In this document: positions 7,395 through 17,967 of the stretch, one piece after another
How the letters are laid out: every line of letters begins with the position of its first letter
Numbering within the stretch: position 1 is the first letter of the stretch
Source of the DNA: Verrucomicrobiota bacterium
GTDB taxonomy: Bacteria; Verrucomicrobiota; Verrucomicrobiia; Limisphaerales; SXQI01
Assembly: GCA_033762115.1 (NCBI GenBank)
Contig: JANRLX010000121.1
Span: 1-26,737, forward strand
Direction: 5' to 3'
Length of the DNA stretch: 26,737 bases
Translations under genes and position numbers: made by a program
The notes under the pieces: model-generated
What the model was told of the DNA's origin: nothing
Database searches by the model: none
The model's input: the letters and a program-made list of their open reading frames with translations, nothing else

Positions 7395-9665
7395 CTATCT
7401 GGAACGGCACCAGGAAACTTGAAGGGCGCCGGGTTCATTTTCCAACCCGAACACTAATGTTTGACTGTTTCGATCCCGGAAACTCTCAATTTCCTTGTTC
7501 CTGCCCATTACCCGGCTTTGTTTGATATCGTGAATAACGATGGTCCAATTTTTAACCTGAGACTGGAACTCCCCCTGGATGGAAGAATATTGCAACTCTC
7601 CTCCTCCTTCCCGGGCTTTTAATGAAATTTTTCGTTTAAGAAATTTCCCGGAAGCATAACCCAGGCTCACGCCATCATCCTCATACCATTCAAATTCACC
7701 ATAGTGACCGGGCCACACATGTAAGAGCATGTTGTCAGCAGTGATGGATTCGATACTTTGCTGAACAGGTATCAATGGAATAATGCTGCCGGCTTTTATA
7801 AATATTGGGATCCGATCCAATGGCGCTTGGGCAAGTACATCACGACCTCCCCGAAATTTTTCTCCGTTCCAGAAGTTATGCCATATTCCAGCTGGCAAAT
7901 AAACGCTCCGGGCGCGGGCTCCAGAACGTAGAATTGGTGCCACAAGAATGTTAGCGCCCAGGAAAAATTGGTCATCCACTTCTCGACATCGTGGATCATT
8001 CTGGTAATGCCAAAAAAGAGGGCGCATGATTGGGGCGCCTGTGGAGTGGGCTTCCTGAAAAGTAGAATACAGATACGGCAATAATCGATACCGAAGCTTA
8101 ATGAAATTGCGGCAGATTCGTTCCGTTTCTTCTCCAAAGGCCCAGGGTTCCTGAGGGCAGGTTTTAATATTTGAGTGATTGCGAAAAAACGGGGTGAATG
8201 CTGCCATTTGTATCCACCGAATCAAAAGTTCTCCGCTGCAATTTTCTAAAAAACCGCCTGCATCACTTCCGCAAAAGGGCACCCCGCTGAGACCAAGATT
8301 CAGGAGTTGTTGAATGCTGTCTCCCAGATGTTCCCAATGAGAACTATTATCACCCGTCCAAATGAGCGCATGCTTTTGAATCCCGGCATACCCAGCACGA
8401 CTGATCACAAAAGGTCTCCTGCCTGGGCAAGCGTTCAATGCGCCTTCTTGCGAAGCCCGCGCCATTTGCATCCCATAGATATTATGGAGTTCCGCATGAG
8501 AGCGCTTTCCAAAATCGCTGCGATGAATGCACTTCTCCGGCAATGTCTTTGTAGGAAGGGCGAAATTTGCCGGTTCATTCATGTCATTCCATATCCCGGC
8601 AACACCGGTTTGAAATAATACCTGCTGCTCCTTTCCCCACCATCTTCGGACTCGTGCAGAGGTAAAATCTGGAAACAACGATCGCCCCGGCCAGACTTTC
8701 CCGATATATGGCTTTCCCGTCGGACCCCGAACAAACATTCCAGCTTTCCTGCCACGGTTTAGAAGCGGAAACCGGAAATCATTTTTCACCCCGGGATCGA
8801 CAATCGAAACAATTTTAAAGCCTTTTCTATGCAAGCCCGAAATCATCTCCTGGGGATTTGGAAATTTTTTGCCAAACGTAAAAACTCGATATTCATCCAT
8901 GTGATGAATATCCAGGTGAAGAACGTCGCACGGTATTTTTCTTGAACGAAATCCCTCTGCAATAGATTCCAACTGATCGCGTGATTCATAACTATAGCGC
9001 GACTGCTGATATCCTAAGGCCCACTGGGGTGGCAAAGGGATGCGACCCGTGAGTTTCGTAAACGATTCCAGAATCTGTCGAACAGAGGGGCCAACAAAAA
9101 AGTAGAGGCTGATCTCACCCGAATCCGCCTCGATACAAAGCTCGTCGCTTTTTCCATTTCCAACGTCCCATGTCTGCCTTGCGGGATTGTCCCAAAAAAT
9201 ACCGAAAGCTCGTCCTTCCCGCACAGAAATCAAAAATGGAATGGAAACATAAAGGCTCTGAAGTGAAGGGTGAATTCCCGGTGAATGCCCGAGAACATCG
9301 ATGTTCCATAACACTCGTTTTAGACCACGCTTATTCATCGGCCCCGTGGTTTCCCCCAATCCGAAAAATTCCTCTCCAGCAGCAATCTTAAAAATCAGCT
9401 TTGGCCTGGGAAAAAGTGAGCAATGGGAACCTGTGCTTTGAAGCAACTGATATCCATATTTATCACGGATCGTCACTTCACCTGTTTCCGGGTTAAATGA
9501 ACATTCAGCCTCTGAACTCGCTACTCGGTTTTCAGACCTTTTTGTAAAAGAAAGAGGCTCTTCGATACTCCATGAACGCTCTGGAGTCTTTTTCTGTGAA
9601 ACGTGTAAGTGGAAAATATCAGGTGGAGCAACGCCAAGACGAAAATGGAATCGAGATTTTTTCAC
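7395..9665 (-). CDS. Glycoside hydrolase family 31 (alpha-glucosidase-like)
   Basis: PPQWALGYQQSRY, LDIHHM, IVDPG, nucleophile motif WNDMNEP, SRAGYAG, acid/base motif WTGDN, FTPFFRNH and PIMRPL. GTG start with GGAGA upstream; no signal peptide evident. Confidence 0.95.
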   Translation of the reverse strand: MKKSRFHFRLGVAPPDIFHLHVSQKKTPERSWSIEEPLSFTKRSENRVASSEAECSFNPETGEVTIRDKYGYQLLQSTGSHCSLFPRPKLIFKIAAGEEFFGLGETTGPMNKRGLKRVLWNIDVLGHSPGIHPSLQSLYVSIPFLISVREGRAFGIFWDNPARQTWDVGNGKSDELCIEADSGEISLYFFVGPSVRQILESFTKLTGRIPLPPQWALGYQQSRYSYESRDQLESIAEGFRSRKIPCDVLHLDIHHMDEYRVFTFGKKFPNPQEMISGLHRKGFKIVSIVDPGVKNDFRFPLLNRGRKAGMFVRGPTGKPYIGKVWPGRSLFPDFTSARVRRWWGKEQQVLFQTGVAGIWNDMNEPANFALPTKTLPEKCIHRSDFGKRSHAELHNIYGMQMARASQEGALNACPGRRPFVISRAGYAGIQKHALIWTGDNSSHWEHLGDSIQQLLNLGLSGVPFCGSDAGGFLENCSGELLIRWIQMAAFTPFFRNHSNIKTCPQEPWAFGEETERICRNFIKLRYRLLPYLYSTFQEAHSTGAPIMRPLFWHYQNDPRCREVDDQFFLGANILVAPILRSGARARSVYLPAGIWHNFWNGEKFRGGRDVLAQAPLDRIPIFIKAGSIIPLIPVQQSIESITADNMLLHVWPGHYGEFEWYEDDGVSLGYASGKFLKRKISLKAREGGGELQYSSIQGEFQSQVKNWTIVIHDIKQSRVMGRNKEIESFRDRNSQTLVFGLENEPGALQVSWCRSR

Positions 9666-9676
9666 ATCTCCAGAGA

Positions 9677-10834
9677 CTATCGTTTCAATGCGATTTCCTG
9701 GTAAATTTCAACATGCCGCGCGGCGATAATCCTGGGTTCATACCGTGATTTCATGACCTCTGCGGCACCCTTGGGGCGAGGCCAGCCATTTTTAATCCAT
9801 CGTTCAATCCCATCCACCATACCGAGCCAATCCTGGGAATCGTAAAGTTCTGCGCCTGCTACGTCCTTGGCAATATCCGGCAGCCCTCCCGCACGGGAAC
9901 AAAAAACTTTCAAATTACGTGCGAGGGCTTCCGCAACCACCAGGCCAAACGATTCCTCGATGGAAAAATGAGCCAGCGCGGAGCTTTGATCAAACAACGC
10001 GACCAGTTCCTCTGCATCAACATGTCCACGGTGACTGGCAATGCCCAGCGGCTTCAATTTTTCAAGTCGCTCAAAAAAACGATCTGCGTAGGGATCCTTG
10101 CTTCTTCCTCCAATGAACTGCACATGGAACTGTCGCGTTCTCTGCGCGAGTTGCTCGAACATCTGCAAACTTTCGAGCTGTCTTTTATAATCAACGATGG
10201 TCCCCACATAGAGGATTGTTGGGCGGGATTCGCGGGAATGCGCGGGAATGGACGCGAGGTACCGTTCTTGTAAAGGATTGGGAACATGCCACGTTTTTCT
10301 GGCAACAGGTTCGACAAGGCTCTGTGTATAAGCAGAATTACAGAAGACTCCTCCTGTTTTTCTCAAGGCCACCCACTCCAAAAAGGCTGTTAATCTTAGG
10401 TAGAGATCAGCACGTTTTCCTGCTTTGCGGGCGATTTCGCGCATGTTTCCATGAATCGTGACCACATTAGGAAACCCGGAAAAGGCCGCACCCAGGGCAC
10501 AATACCGTTCCGTGCCCTGACCATGCACCACATCTGGCTCAATCTCTTTAAGTTTTCTGCGGATTGCCCGGACACATCCGGAATACAATGTTCGTCCCCA
10601 GCCAATTTTGGGGACTAGTTCTGAATGGTAAAATATATTTGGCGCAAGTGTGAGTGGACTTTCAAGAGGTTTCCTTACACAGCAGAGAACATGAACTTCT
10701 ACGTCCGGACAGGATCGAAGCCCCTTGATTACGCTGCCTGCAGCAGTTCCGAAGACAGGCTCGCGCAATTCATAGGCCTGTTCTTCATCACGATTATCTG
10801 GAACTAAAAATCCAATACGCATCACCGATTGCAT
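9677..10834 (-). CDS. Glycosyltransferase family 4
   Basis: PDVVHGQG, VVTIHG and the EESFGLVVAEALA (EX7E) motif; GT-B fold length. Confidence 0.92.
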   Translation of the reverse strand: MQSVMRIGFLVPDNRDEEQAYELREPVFGTAAGSVIKGLRSCPDVEVHVLCCVRKPLESPLTLAPNIFYHSELVPKIGWGRTLYSGCVRAIRRKLKEIEPDVVHGQGTERYCALGAAFSGFPNVVTIHGNMREIARKAGKRADLYLRLTAFLEWVALRKTGGVFCNSAYTQSLVEPVARKTWHVPNPLQERYLASIPAHSRESRPTILYVGTIVDYKRQLESLQMFEQLAQRTRQFHVQFIGGRSKDPYADRFFERLEKLKPLGIASHRGHVDAEELVALFDQSSALAHFSIEESFGLVVAEALARNLKVFCSRAGGLPDIAKDVAGAELYDSQDWLGMVDGIERWIKNGWPRPKGAAEVMKSRYEPRIIAARHVEIYQEIALKR

Positions 10835-11733
10835 GTCACAAGTTTCCTTAATGACTTGTAACCTCTCGGTTCATATTTTCTAAGAGCTCGTTCGGGATCA
10901 AGTGTTGCAAGGTAATCCTGTTCTTTTGGGTTTAAATTCTGAGAGGCTCGAGAATGAAGTGGCTTAATCTTTGGGCCTCGAAGGCCGCGTCCAAGATGAA
11001 ACAAACTGTACCCGCACGATATCAGAAATTGGTGCACAGGGCTTGGAAATGGATTTAAATCTTCAAAGATTAAATCACGGAGATTTCCTTTTTGAAGCAC
11101 GCTCTCGGCCCCTTTTAAAACATCCAACTCATGCCCTTCCACATCCAGCTTGCAAACCTTCCAATTAACATCACTGAAATGAGTATCGATTTGGGCAGTA
11201 TTGACATTCCAATTTTTAGTAAATTCCACAGGGTTGTTTGACAAACGCGAAATACCACGATTGTTATTCCAGGCTGAACTGGCAACCAGCACGGCATTGC
11301 CGTCTTTGTTGCTGAGAGCAATATTGTGTAAAGTTCCCGTTCCTAACTTCCCACATTTTCGCCAAAGAAGTTCATTGGCAGTTAATTCTTGAAAAATTTC
11401 CGGGTGAGGCTCGAACGAATCAACATGGCCAAACGGGCCAACACAAATTCTTAGCAAGCTCGTCATTTGGCCGATGTTTGCACCGATATCGCACGCATGC
11501 TCACCAGGATCACACAAGCGGACAAGAGCTTCTGCGACTGGTAAATCAATCAATCCAAAATAAACAATGTTAGCCCCAATCGTTTCAGAGGGACGCACCT
11601 TTAAGGGCATACCCCACGGTAATTCAACATATTCGACTAAATGATCAGGGACGTGTGCTGGTCGGCGTAAACGCCTCAAAATCTGCTTGGGGTTATGCAG
11701 ATATTCTGGCCTGAAGGCATTTAACAAATTCAT
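10822..11733 (-). CDS. FkbM-family SAM-dependent methyltransferase
   Basis: DIGANIG, SFEPHP and KLDVEGHELDVLKGA. ATG at 11733 chosen to avoid overlapping the upstream gene. Confidence 0.9.
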   Translation of the reverse strand: MNLLNAFRPEYLHNPKQILRRLRRPAHVPDHLVEYVELPWGMPLKVRPSETIGANIVYFGLIDLPVAEALVRLCDPGEHACDIGANIGQMTSLLRICVGPFGHVDSFEPHPEIFQELTANELLWRKCGKLGTGTLHNIALSNKDGNAVLVASSAWNNNRGISRLSNNPVEFTKNWNVNTAQIDTHFSDVNWKVCKLDVEGHELDVLKGAESVLQKGNLRDLIFEDLNPFPSPVHQFLISCGYSLFHLGRGLRGPKIKPLHSRASQNLNPKEQDYLATLDPERALRKYEPRGYKSLRKLVTCNR

Positions 11734-11759
11734 TATCGTAAAAGCAGCAAGGCTAGAGC

Positions 11760-12578
11760 TTAACTCGCGAGTTTCAGGTAAAGCTTCCGCGCCACAGAAT
11801 ATAACGGACGGCAATAGCGTTGAAGATAGTATGCAATAAAATCAACTTTCAGGCGATTACCAACCATAGCTTTTTTCTTGCATTTTTCTAAATCGCTTCC
11901 AAGGTTTTCCGCGACTTTTTTCTGAATGAATACCACATCTCCCCATACATCATTATCTGGAATATTCGTCCCGCAAAATTCAAATCCAAAGCCTTCAAGA
12001 AGTGGCTTGACATCTTCGTTGTAGGTTTTTTGCCCGATGCGCATTGGTTTTAATGCCACTTCTGCATGGATTGCCACGATGCGATCTTTGATACCACTAG
12101 CTCCTATCAGTACAGAATATTCAGCCCCCTCGACATCCAGCCACAATGCAATCTTTTGACATTCTGGGTATCGCTCATGAATAAATTCATCGATTCTTAC
12201 TGTTTCAACCTCTATCGAATCTTTGATTTTGAGTCCCTCATGAATCAACAATGAACTGGTCCCTGTATTCTCATGAGGATTTTCGTAATCCACATCAGTA
12301 ATATGGAAATGAGATTTTCCTTTTTGATCGCTAACAGCAACAGAGTAAATTTGAAGCCCTGCAGCTTGTAGTCTGCGATCTTTTTGCATTGCCTTGAAAT
12401 TAATCGGATTTGCCTCAAACGCCACAATTGTTGCTTCTGGAAGAATATCCCTGAAATACAAGCTTTGAAGTCCATCTCGGGAGCCAATATCGCAAACGCA
12501 ATCCACTTTGAGAGCTTTGCATAATGACCCAAAAAGGAGTTTGGTGTTTAACTTGATTGGAGGGATCTCCAGACTCAT
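11760..12578 (-). CDS. FkbM-family SAM-dependent methyltransferase
   Basis: DIGSRDG, AFEANP, GTSSLL, VETVRID and WLDVEGAEYSVLIGA. Confidence 0.9.
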   Translation of the reverse strand: MSLEIPPIKLNTKLLFGSLCKALKVDCVCDIGSRDGLQSLYFRDILPEATIVAFEANPINFKAMQKDRRLQAAGLQIYSVAVSDQKGKSHFHITDVDYENPHENTGTSSLLIHEGLKIKDSIEVETVRIDEFIHERYPECQKIALWLDVEGAEYSVLIGASGIKDRIVAIHAEVALKPMRIGQKTYNEDVKPLLEGFGFEFCGTNIPDNDVWGDVVFIQKKVAENLGSDLEKCKKKAMVGNRLKVDFIAYYLQRYCRPLYSVARKLYLKLAS

Positions 12579-12620
12579 TCAGAACAGGGTAACTTTGAAT
12601 TCCGTAAAAACAAGGCAGCA

Positions 12621-13625
12621 TTACAAATGTAAAACCTCACTGTAAACTTCAATCAATGATCTTGCCACTTCATGCCAGGAAAAAAGTTTAATGTCAGGAG
12701 CTTTCAATTGAGGACAACGATCATAAAAATCCTTAATTGCTTTTGAATTTTCGGTTCTGCCCCTCCCATGAAAATAATGAGCTTTTTCACCAAATCGTTC
12801 GCGCGACCATTTTTGATCAGGAACGAGGATAGGCAGCCCACAGGCTACAGCTTCATGAGCGGAGAGACACCAGTTTTCATAATCGCTCATCAGCACAAAT
12901 CCACGCGCACGTTGAAGCAGATGGATCATTTCCGATTCATTGCTGACGTGAGTGACATACTTCACAATCGTGCCATCAATTTGGGATTGAAATGTTTTCC
13001 AGTAGGCATCCTCCAGATGATAGGGTTTGCCGACAAATTGAATCGGCACCTGAGCCCTGTGGGCCAGCTTAGCCAGCTCCAGACTATTTTTAACTGCTGT
13101 GATGGTCCCGGTGCAGATCAAGTGAGGCTCACACCGAGTGGGCGGTCCGGCATGCAGGTACGTTTCCGATAACCCAAGGGGAACAATTCTTATCTGAGAA
13201 TCACTCAATCCATAAATGGCTTTTAATGCCTTTTTTTCAGCGGCCAATCCGACGATTATTCGATCATTTTCCAAAAAGGCCTTCCACTTTAGCTGATCCA
13301 AAATTCCATGTCCTATGGGACTCTTTAGTAGCGTTCTTACTATTGCCCCCTGCATTTTCAAACGGTGATCTGATCGATTGCAGGTTTCCGACATTAAAAT
13401 CGTGAGCACTACAGGAAGATTGATGGCCCTGGCTCGACGCAGGTAATCAGTTCGGGGTTCGCCGAAAAAATGGATCAGGTCCCCTTTTTGCGTTCCATCC
13501 CACCACCGGATATATTCCACATCCACACCAAGCTCCGTAAGCGCCTGACTGGTTTTTTCAATTTGGATTTGAAATCCCCCATGAGCTAAAAGAAAAGGAC
13601 TCGAATGGTCTATTAATACCTTCAT
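12621..13625 (-). CDS. Glycosyltransferase family 4
   Basis: HGGFQIQI N-terminal loop, IVPLG, KNSLEL and ENWCLSAHEAVACGLP (EX7E). ATG at 13625. Confidence 0.88.
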   Translation of the reverse strand: MKVLIDHSSPFLLAHGGFQIQIEKTSQALTELGVDVEYIRWWDGTQKGDLIHFFGEPRTDYLRRARAINLPVVLTILMSETCNRSDHRLKMQGAIVRTLLKSPIGHGILDQLKWKAFLENDRIIVGLAAEKKALKAIYGLSDSQIRIVPLGLSETYLHAGPPTRCEPHLICTGTITAVKNSLELAKLAHRAQVPIQFVGKPYHLEDAYWKTFQSQIDGTIVKYVTHVSNESEMIHLLQRARGFVLMSDYENWCLSAHEAVACGLPILVPDQKWSRERFGEKAHYFHGRGRTENSKAIKDFYDRCPQLKAPDIKLFSWHEVARSLIEVYSEVLHL

Positions 13626-13775
13626 TTCAGCAAGGTTTGACCGACCCAATCCATCGCATGACACGCATGCGAATGAGACTAACTCAAGGAGGTGAGTTTA
13701 AAAAACAAGAAAAGATTTCCCTCTTCCGTTTCGTTCATAGCGTGAATTTCAGAAGAAACAAGACGATGAAGCAGG

Positions 13776-15413
13776 TCAAAAATCCTTGAAATCACCATCC
13801 ATTGGAAGCTCCTCATTATTCCGTGATCCAGAAGAGCTTTTCAGGTAGGTAGTATGCCCATTTCCATTTACGGGTTTGGTTATGCGCCCATTGACATGGA
13901 GGTGGGTCTTGGAATTGGGGAAATTTTTCCGACTGCTTTCCGTCTTTACAGCAGTGCTGCGGCGCAGTTTGGACTTTGACTGTGTTTTGCCGCTGACAAG
14001 GTTCATCAGGTCATCGACTGCTTCCTTTAGCATCACTGCCTGAGCATTCAGTTCTTCGGATGCGCTGGCGCTTTCCTCGGCATTGGCAGCGTTGGACTGG
14101 GTCACTTTGTCCATCTGTGTTACCGCAATACTGACCTGCTGGATGCCCTGACTTTGCTCACGGGAAGCACTGGCAATCTGGCCCACGAGTTCATCCACAG
14201 TGTGTGCTTTGAGCACAATTTCCTCCAGACTTCGCGCCACTTTGCTGCTGATCTGAACACCCTGCTCGCTTTTACGGATCGAATCCTCGATTTTTTCGGC
14301 AGTTTCACGAGCAGCCTGGGCACTTCGTTGCGCCAGATTACGAACTTCATCCGCAACCACGGCGAAACCCATCCCGGCTTCTCCTGCTCTTGCGGCCTCG
14401 ACGGCCGCGTTAAGCGCCAGAATGTTGGTTTGAAAGGCAATTTCATCAATGGTCTTGATGATTTTTGCAATGTTGTCGCTGGAGCTTTTGATCGCCGCCA
14501 TGGCACAGGTCATTTCCTTCATGTCAGAAAATCCTGTGTCAGCAGCGGCGCGGGTCTGATTGGCGAGGTCTTTCGCGCTTTCCGCATTTTCAGCGTTTCG
14601 CTTTGTCATGCTGGACATTTCCTCGAGCGAAGCGCTCGTTTCCTCCAATGAGGCCGCCTGTTCACTGGCTCCTTCGGCCAGACTTTGGCTGGAGGCAGAA
14701 ACCTGGGTGGCAGCAGAAGCCACCTGCTCAGATCCATCGTTCAATGCCTCACTGACTGATGTCAGTAACTTTGAAGTGCTGCGGATGATGGTGAAGGCAA
14801 CTCCGATTGCAATCAAAAGGGCCAGGAGCACTCCAAAAGTGATCGCGTGGACAGATTCCCTGATACCAGCCTCGATTCTTTTCCCAGCCTGCTCCCCGTT
14901 TTCTCTGTTGAAATCAGCCAGCGTCCTGATTGTTCCCATGAACTCATTAAACACAGGCTCAAGATCATCATGCATGGCAGTCAAGGCTTCCCTGGTTTTA
15001 TGTTCCCTGCTCAGTGGCAGGATAATACGCTCACGCATTTCAAGGTATCTTTGACGGGCTGGAGTGATCGCCTGCCATAGTTCCCGATCCCGTTCAGTGC
15101 TTATTGTTTTTTCATAGGCAATCAGCAACTGATCTATTTTCCTGGCGATTTCTTTCATTTCGAGTTCCACCGAATCCGTTTCCTTTTTTGAGGCCGAAGA
15201 GATGTGCTTAAAGGCCAATGCCCAGGCATCCTTGGCCGCGGATTCAATTTGTCCGATCAAATAAACACCCGGCAGAGCCTGCGTGGTAATCAGGTTGGAT
15301 TGTGCTTTGATCTCCTTTAAATGGATGTATGAGAAGAACCAAAGCACCAGGTTGATCGCGATGAGACTTCCAAATCCGCATAAAATTCGTTTTCCGATTG
15401 TCCAGTTCTTCAT
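13776..15413 (-). CDS. Methyl-accepting chemotaxis protein with four-helix-bundle sensor domain
   Basis: Two TM helices flanking a helical periplasmic domain; [41 protein letters not shown] signalling hairpin; C-terminal DFKDF pentapeptide. Confidence 0.97.
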   Translation of the reverse strand: MKNWTIGKRILCGFGSLIAINLVLWFFSYIHLKEIKAQSNLITTQALPGVYLIGQIESAAKDAWALAFKHISSASKKETDSVELEMKEIARKIDQLLIAYEKTISTERDRELWQAITPARQRYLEMRERIILPLSREHKTREALTAMHDDLEPVFNEFMGTIRTLADFNRENGEQAGKRIEAGIRESVHAITFGVLLALLIAIGVAFTIIRSTSKLLTSVSEALNDGSEQVASAATQVSASSQSLAEGASEQAASLEETSASLEEMSSMTKRNAENAESAKDLANQTRAAADTGFSDMKEMTCAMAAIKSSSDNIAKIIKTIDEIAFQTNILALNAAVEAARAGEAGMGFAVVADEVRNLAQRSAQAARETAEKIEDSIRKSEQGVQISSKVARSLEEIVLKAHTVDELVGQIASASREQSQGIQQVSIAVTQMDKVTQSNAANAEESASASEELNAQAVMLKEAVDDLMNLVSGKTQSKSKLRRSTAVKTESSRKNFPNSKTHLHVNGRITKPVNGNGHTTYLKSSSGSRNNEELPMDGDFKDF

Positions 15414-15432
15414 AATTCCTTTGGAATGGATG

Positions 15433-15906
15433 TTAATTTTCGACTCCAGAAATAATCTTTTTCACATCAAGCAAGGCTTTTACCTCCCCTTTCACTTTGG
15501 CCATCCCAACAATGAATCTGGTCGGAGGCAACCCGCCAAAATCAGGAGGTTCTTCGATATCCGAAGTGGCAATGGTTGCCACCTCCTCCACGGCGTCGAC
15601 AATCAATCCCATTTGGGTCGGTGCGCCAGAATCCAGTTCCACCTCAACCACAATGATGCAAGTCCGTTCAGTGGGTTCAACTCGCGGGAGGCCAAAGCGC
15701 AAACCAAGATCCATCACAGGGATGATCTTGCCGCGTAAATTAATGACACCGCGAACATAGTCGGGCATTCTTGGCACAGTGGTAATTTCGGCCATTCGAA
15801 TGATTTCCCGGACTGTCAGGACTGGAATTCCATAATACTCATTGCCAAGAGCAAATGTGAGGTGTTTACCACCCTCGGCTTGAGCTTGTACTGAAGCGTC
15901 TGTCAT
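15433..15906 (-). CDS. cheW: Chemotaxis coupling protein CheW
   Basis: [36 protein letters not shown] and [13 protein letters not shown] at 15906. Confidence 0.96.
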   Translation of the reverse strand: MTDASVQAQAEGGKHLTFALGNEYYGIPVLTVREIIRMAEITTVPRMPDYVRGVINLRGKIIPVMDLGLRFGLPRVEPTERTCIIVVEVELDSGAPTQMGLIVDAVEEVATIATSDIEEPPDFGGLPPTRFIVGMAKVKGEVKALLDVKKIISGVEN

Positions 15907-15978
15907 AATTCTCGCTTTTAGGGCCCGGGGCGACCAGCAGACCGATACCATTAGGCTGGGCGATCAGTTTTGAATTAT

Positions 15979-16005
15979 GTATCGGGGAAAACGGGCAAAA
16001 CTTTA
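15979..16005 (-). promoter_or_regulatory. Sigma28 (FliA)-type promoter of cheW-MCP
   Basis: Minus strand TAAAGTTT-N11-CCCGATAC versus consensus TAAAGTTT-N11-GCCGATAA, about 70 nt upstream of cheW. Confidence 0.8.
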
Positions 16006-16097
16006 GGATATAACGGGAACTCATTCGTCAACCTCGTTGGAGGTGGGTATGGTTTGGAAAGGTAAAACCACTTAATCTTAGGGGCTTATGAAGAAGA

Positions 16098-16179
<82 letters not shown>

Positions 16180-16193
16180 GCCAAGGAGCGTTA

Positions 16194-16221
16194 AATATAT
16201 TGCGTGGCAAGGCTTTGACAA
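16194..16221 (-). promoter_or_regulatory. Putative sigma70 promoter of tRNA-fMet
   Basis: Minus strand TTGTCA-16 bp-TATATT, ending 14 nt before the tRNA 5' end. Confidence 0.55.
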
Positions 16222-16234
16222 GTGTTAATCCAAT

Positions 16235-16966
16235 TTATTTTGGAGTTAGCATTGGGAGCGGCAAGCGACCTATTTTTTGGGTGGGAAGACGGTCATCCAA
16301 AGAGCCATGTTCCATATTTTCCGCCGAGACATGCCCATCACAAAAGAGCGTGGATGCCTTCCCTGAATGTCTAAAATGAACTGTCGGTTCATTGGTGGAA
16401 ATGTAGTAGAATTCTTCAAGCATCGGTCGGTCTGGCGATGCAGGAGCCTGAAATGTATTCACCTGTCCTGCATCCGCAAACAGGGCGATGTCCTGAGGAT
16501 GCCTCACCTGATTGATATTTAGACTCGCGTTAAGAGCGGGGGACAAATGCAAATTGTACCCATAGCCGTAGGATGCGCCGAGCGCCTTCAATTTGAATTC
16601 ACTCATTCGATATTGCAACGCAGGACAAACCTCCACCCCCTTCCCTCCGAGGTAAGGGAACAAAACGCCCTGTGATAAATCAAATTTCCGCTTCCCTTCC
16701 GCGCCTCGTTCAAGCCATCCGAACCAATAAATATCTCCTCCATTGGTTGTGCCTCCCCGGAATCTGAACATGCGCCCCTCATGATCATCCCAGTACATTT
16801 GGGCAGCAAAACCCAATTGCCGCAGGTTATTAACGCATACTGCTCGCTGTCCTGCCTGCTTGCTTCGCGACAGGGCAGGAATGATCAATGCACTCAAAAT
16901 GGCTATGATTGCGATAACGACCAGCAATTCAACGATCGTAAAGCCGTTGTGCCGGTAAGTTTTCAC
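16235..16966 (-). CDS. Prepilin-type N-terminal cleavage/methylation protein with C-terminal H-X9-DG motif
   Basis: RHNG|FTIVELLVVIAIIAILSALIIPAL, CVNNLRQLG, YGYN and RHSGKASTLFCDGHV. GTG start overlaps the upstream stop (GTGA). Confidence 0.93.
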   Translation of the reverse strand: MKTYRHNGFTIVELLVVIAIIAILSALIIPALSRSKQAGQRAVCVNNLRQLGFAAQMYWDDHEGRMFRFRGGTTNGGDIYWFGWLERGAEGKRKFDLSQGVLFPYLGGKGVEVCPALQYRMSEFKLKALGASYGYGYNLHLSPALNASLNINQVRHPQDIALFADAGQVNTFQAPASPDRPMLEEFYYISTNEPTVHFRHSGKASTLFCDGHVSAENMEHGSLDDRLPTQKIGRLPLPMLTPK

Positions 16967-17967
16967 GGCATCTGCAGAGTTGCCCGAACGCGGTAAAATG
17001 CAGCGTTCCCACCTTCTGCATCCTCAATGGACAAAATGCTTCCCGATCCATTTTTCCGGGAGATTTCACTCCATTCGAGTAAATTGCTGCTGCGTTCCAA
17101 ATGATAAACGTATTCCGTTTTACTTAAAAAAAAGACCCTCCATTTACCATTTTGGAACTCCACCTGGATATCCTTCAAAGCTGGTTCAGGTAGATTGATT
17201 TCAATGTCATCAATACTGCCTTGAGCCAGAATGGAGCCAGCAAAACGAGGGTCCTGACCACTGTCGCTGTAACTGGCAATCGCAAAAGTATCCGCCTGAA
17301 AATCTGCAAAATGACCAGGGTAAACCAAAGGTTTTAAGGCAGTTTCTCCATCCAGTGAGTATGGCTCGCCATTGCGCAATACTGTTGTTCGCAAGGTTTG
17401 GGTCCCGCTATCGAAGCTCATTTGAATTTCAAAAAGGTCCTCCAGCGTCCAGGGCAGAGGATGATTATCGCTAAAAACAATCTGGTTATCACTGGACGCG
17501 ATAGTAGGGGCAAACGTTTCTCCAAATCCACTATCCGGAAAATAGCTGAATTCAACTATACTGCGCGGGCCCTGCAACGCATTCACACCTGTGCCGCGAT
17601 AAAAATTGGTCCGGGTGGCGTTTGCCCATTGGATAAAACCAATGGCAATCTGGAAGGTGTTCGGTTTTGCGGGGTCAACGCCGATTTCCATCGAATGGAT
17701 GGTGAGGGCAAATTTTAACGAGAAGTCATTACTGCGCGTGATCACTGTTTGCAGCGGAATGTGGAAATAACTGTTTGGCTTCCGCGAGTCCCATGTCACC
17801 TCGAGTTTGCCTGAATTTGTGTTCCAGCCAAAGAGGCTCTTATCACCATAGGAGCCCCATTGGTTCGTTCCTGGAAATTGTTGAAATAATTCCACCAGCG
17901 TAGCGCCATGGGTCAAAATACCCACGGCGCTCAGCAGCAAGACTTTCAGATAGCGGAAACCGCTCAT
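16963..17967 (-). CDS. Secreted hypothetical protein, beta-rich, with C-terminal ..FYRV domain
   Basis: Signal peptide MSGFRYLKVLLLSAVGILTHG|A; 334 aa; ATGA overlap with the upstream gene; C-terminal YHLERSSNLLEW...FYRVRA. Confidence 0.85.
   Translation of the reverse strand: MSGFRYLKVLLLSAVGILTHGATLVELFQQFPGTNQWGSYGDKSLFGWNTNSGKLEVTWDSRKPNSYFHIPLQTVITRSNDFSLKFALTIHSMEIGVDPAKPNTFQIAIGFIQWANATRTNFYRGTGVNALQGPRSIVEFSYFPDSGFGETFAPTIASSDNQIVFSDNHPLPWTLEDLFEIQMSFDSGTQTLRTTVLRNGEPYSLDGETALKPLVYPGHFADFQADTFAIASYSDSGQDPRFAGSILAQGSIDDIEINLPEPALKDIQVEFQNGKWRVFFLSKTEYVYHLERSSNLLEWSEISRKNGSGSILSIEDAEGGNAAFYRVRATLQMP

Noticed and set aside
10231..10250. CGCGGGAATG direct repeat (2 copies)
   Set aside because: Short, inside a GT4 coding region, and consistent with chance.
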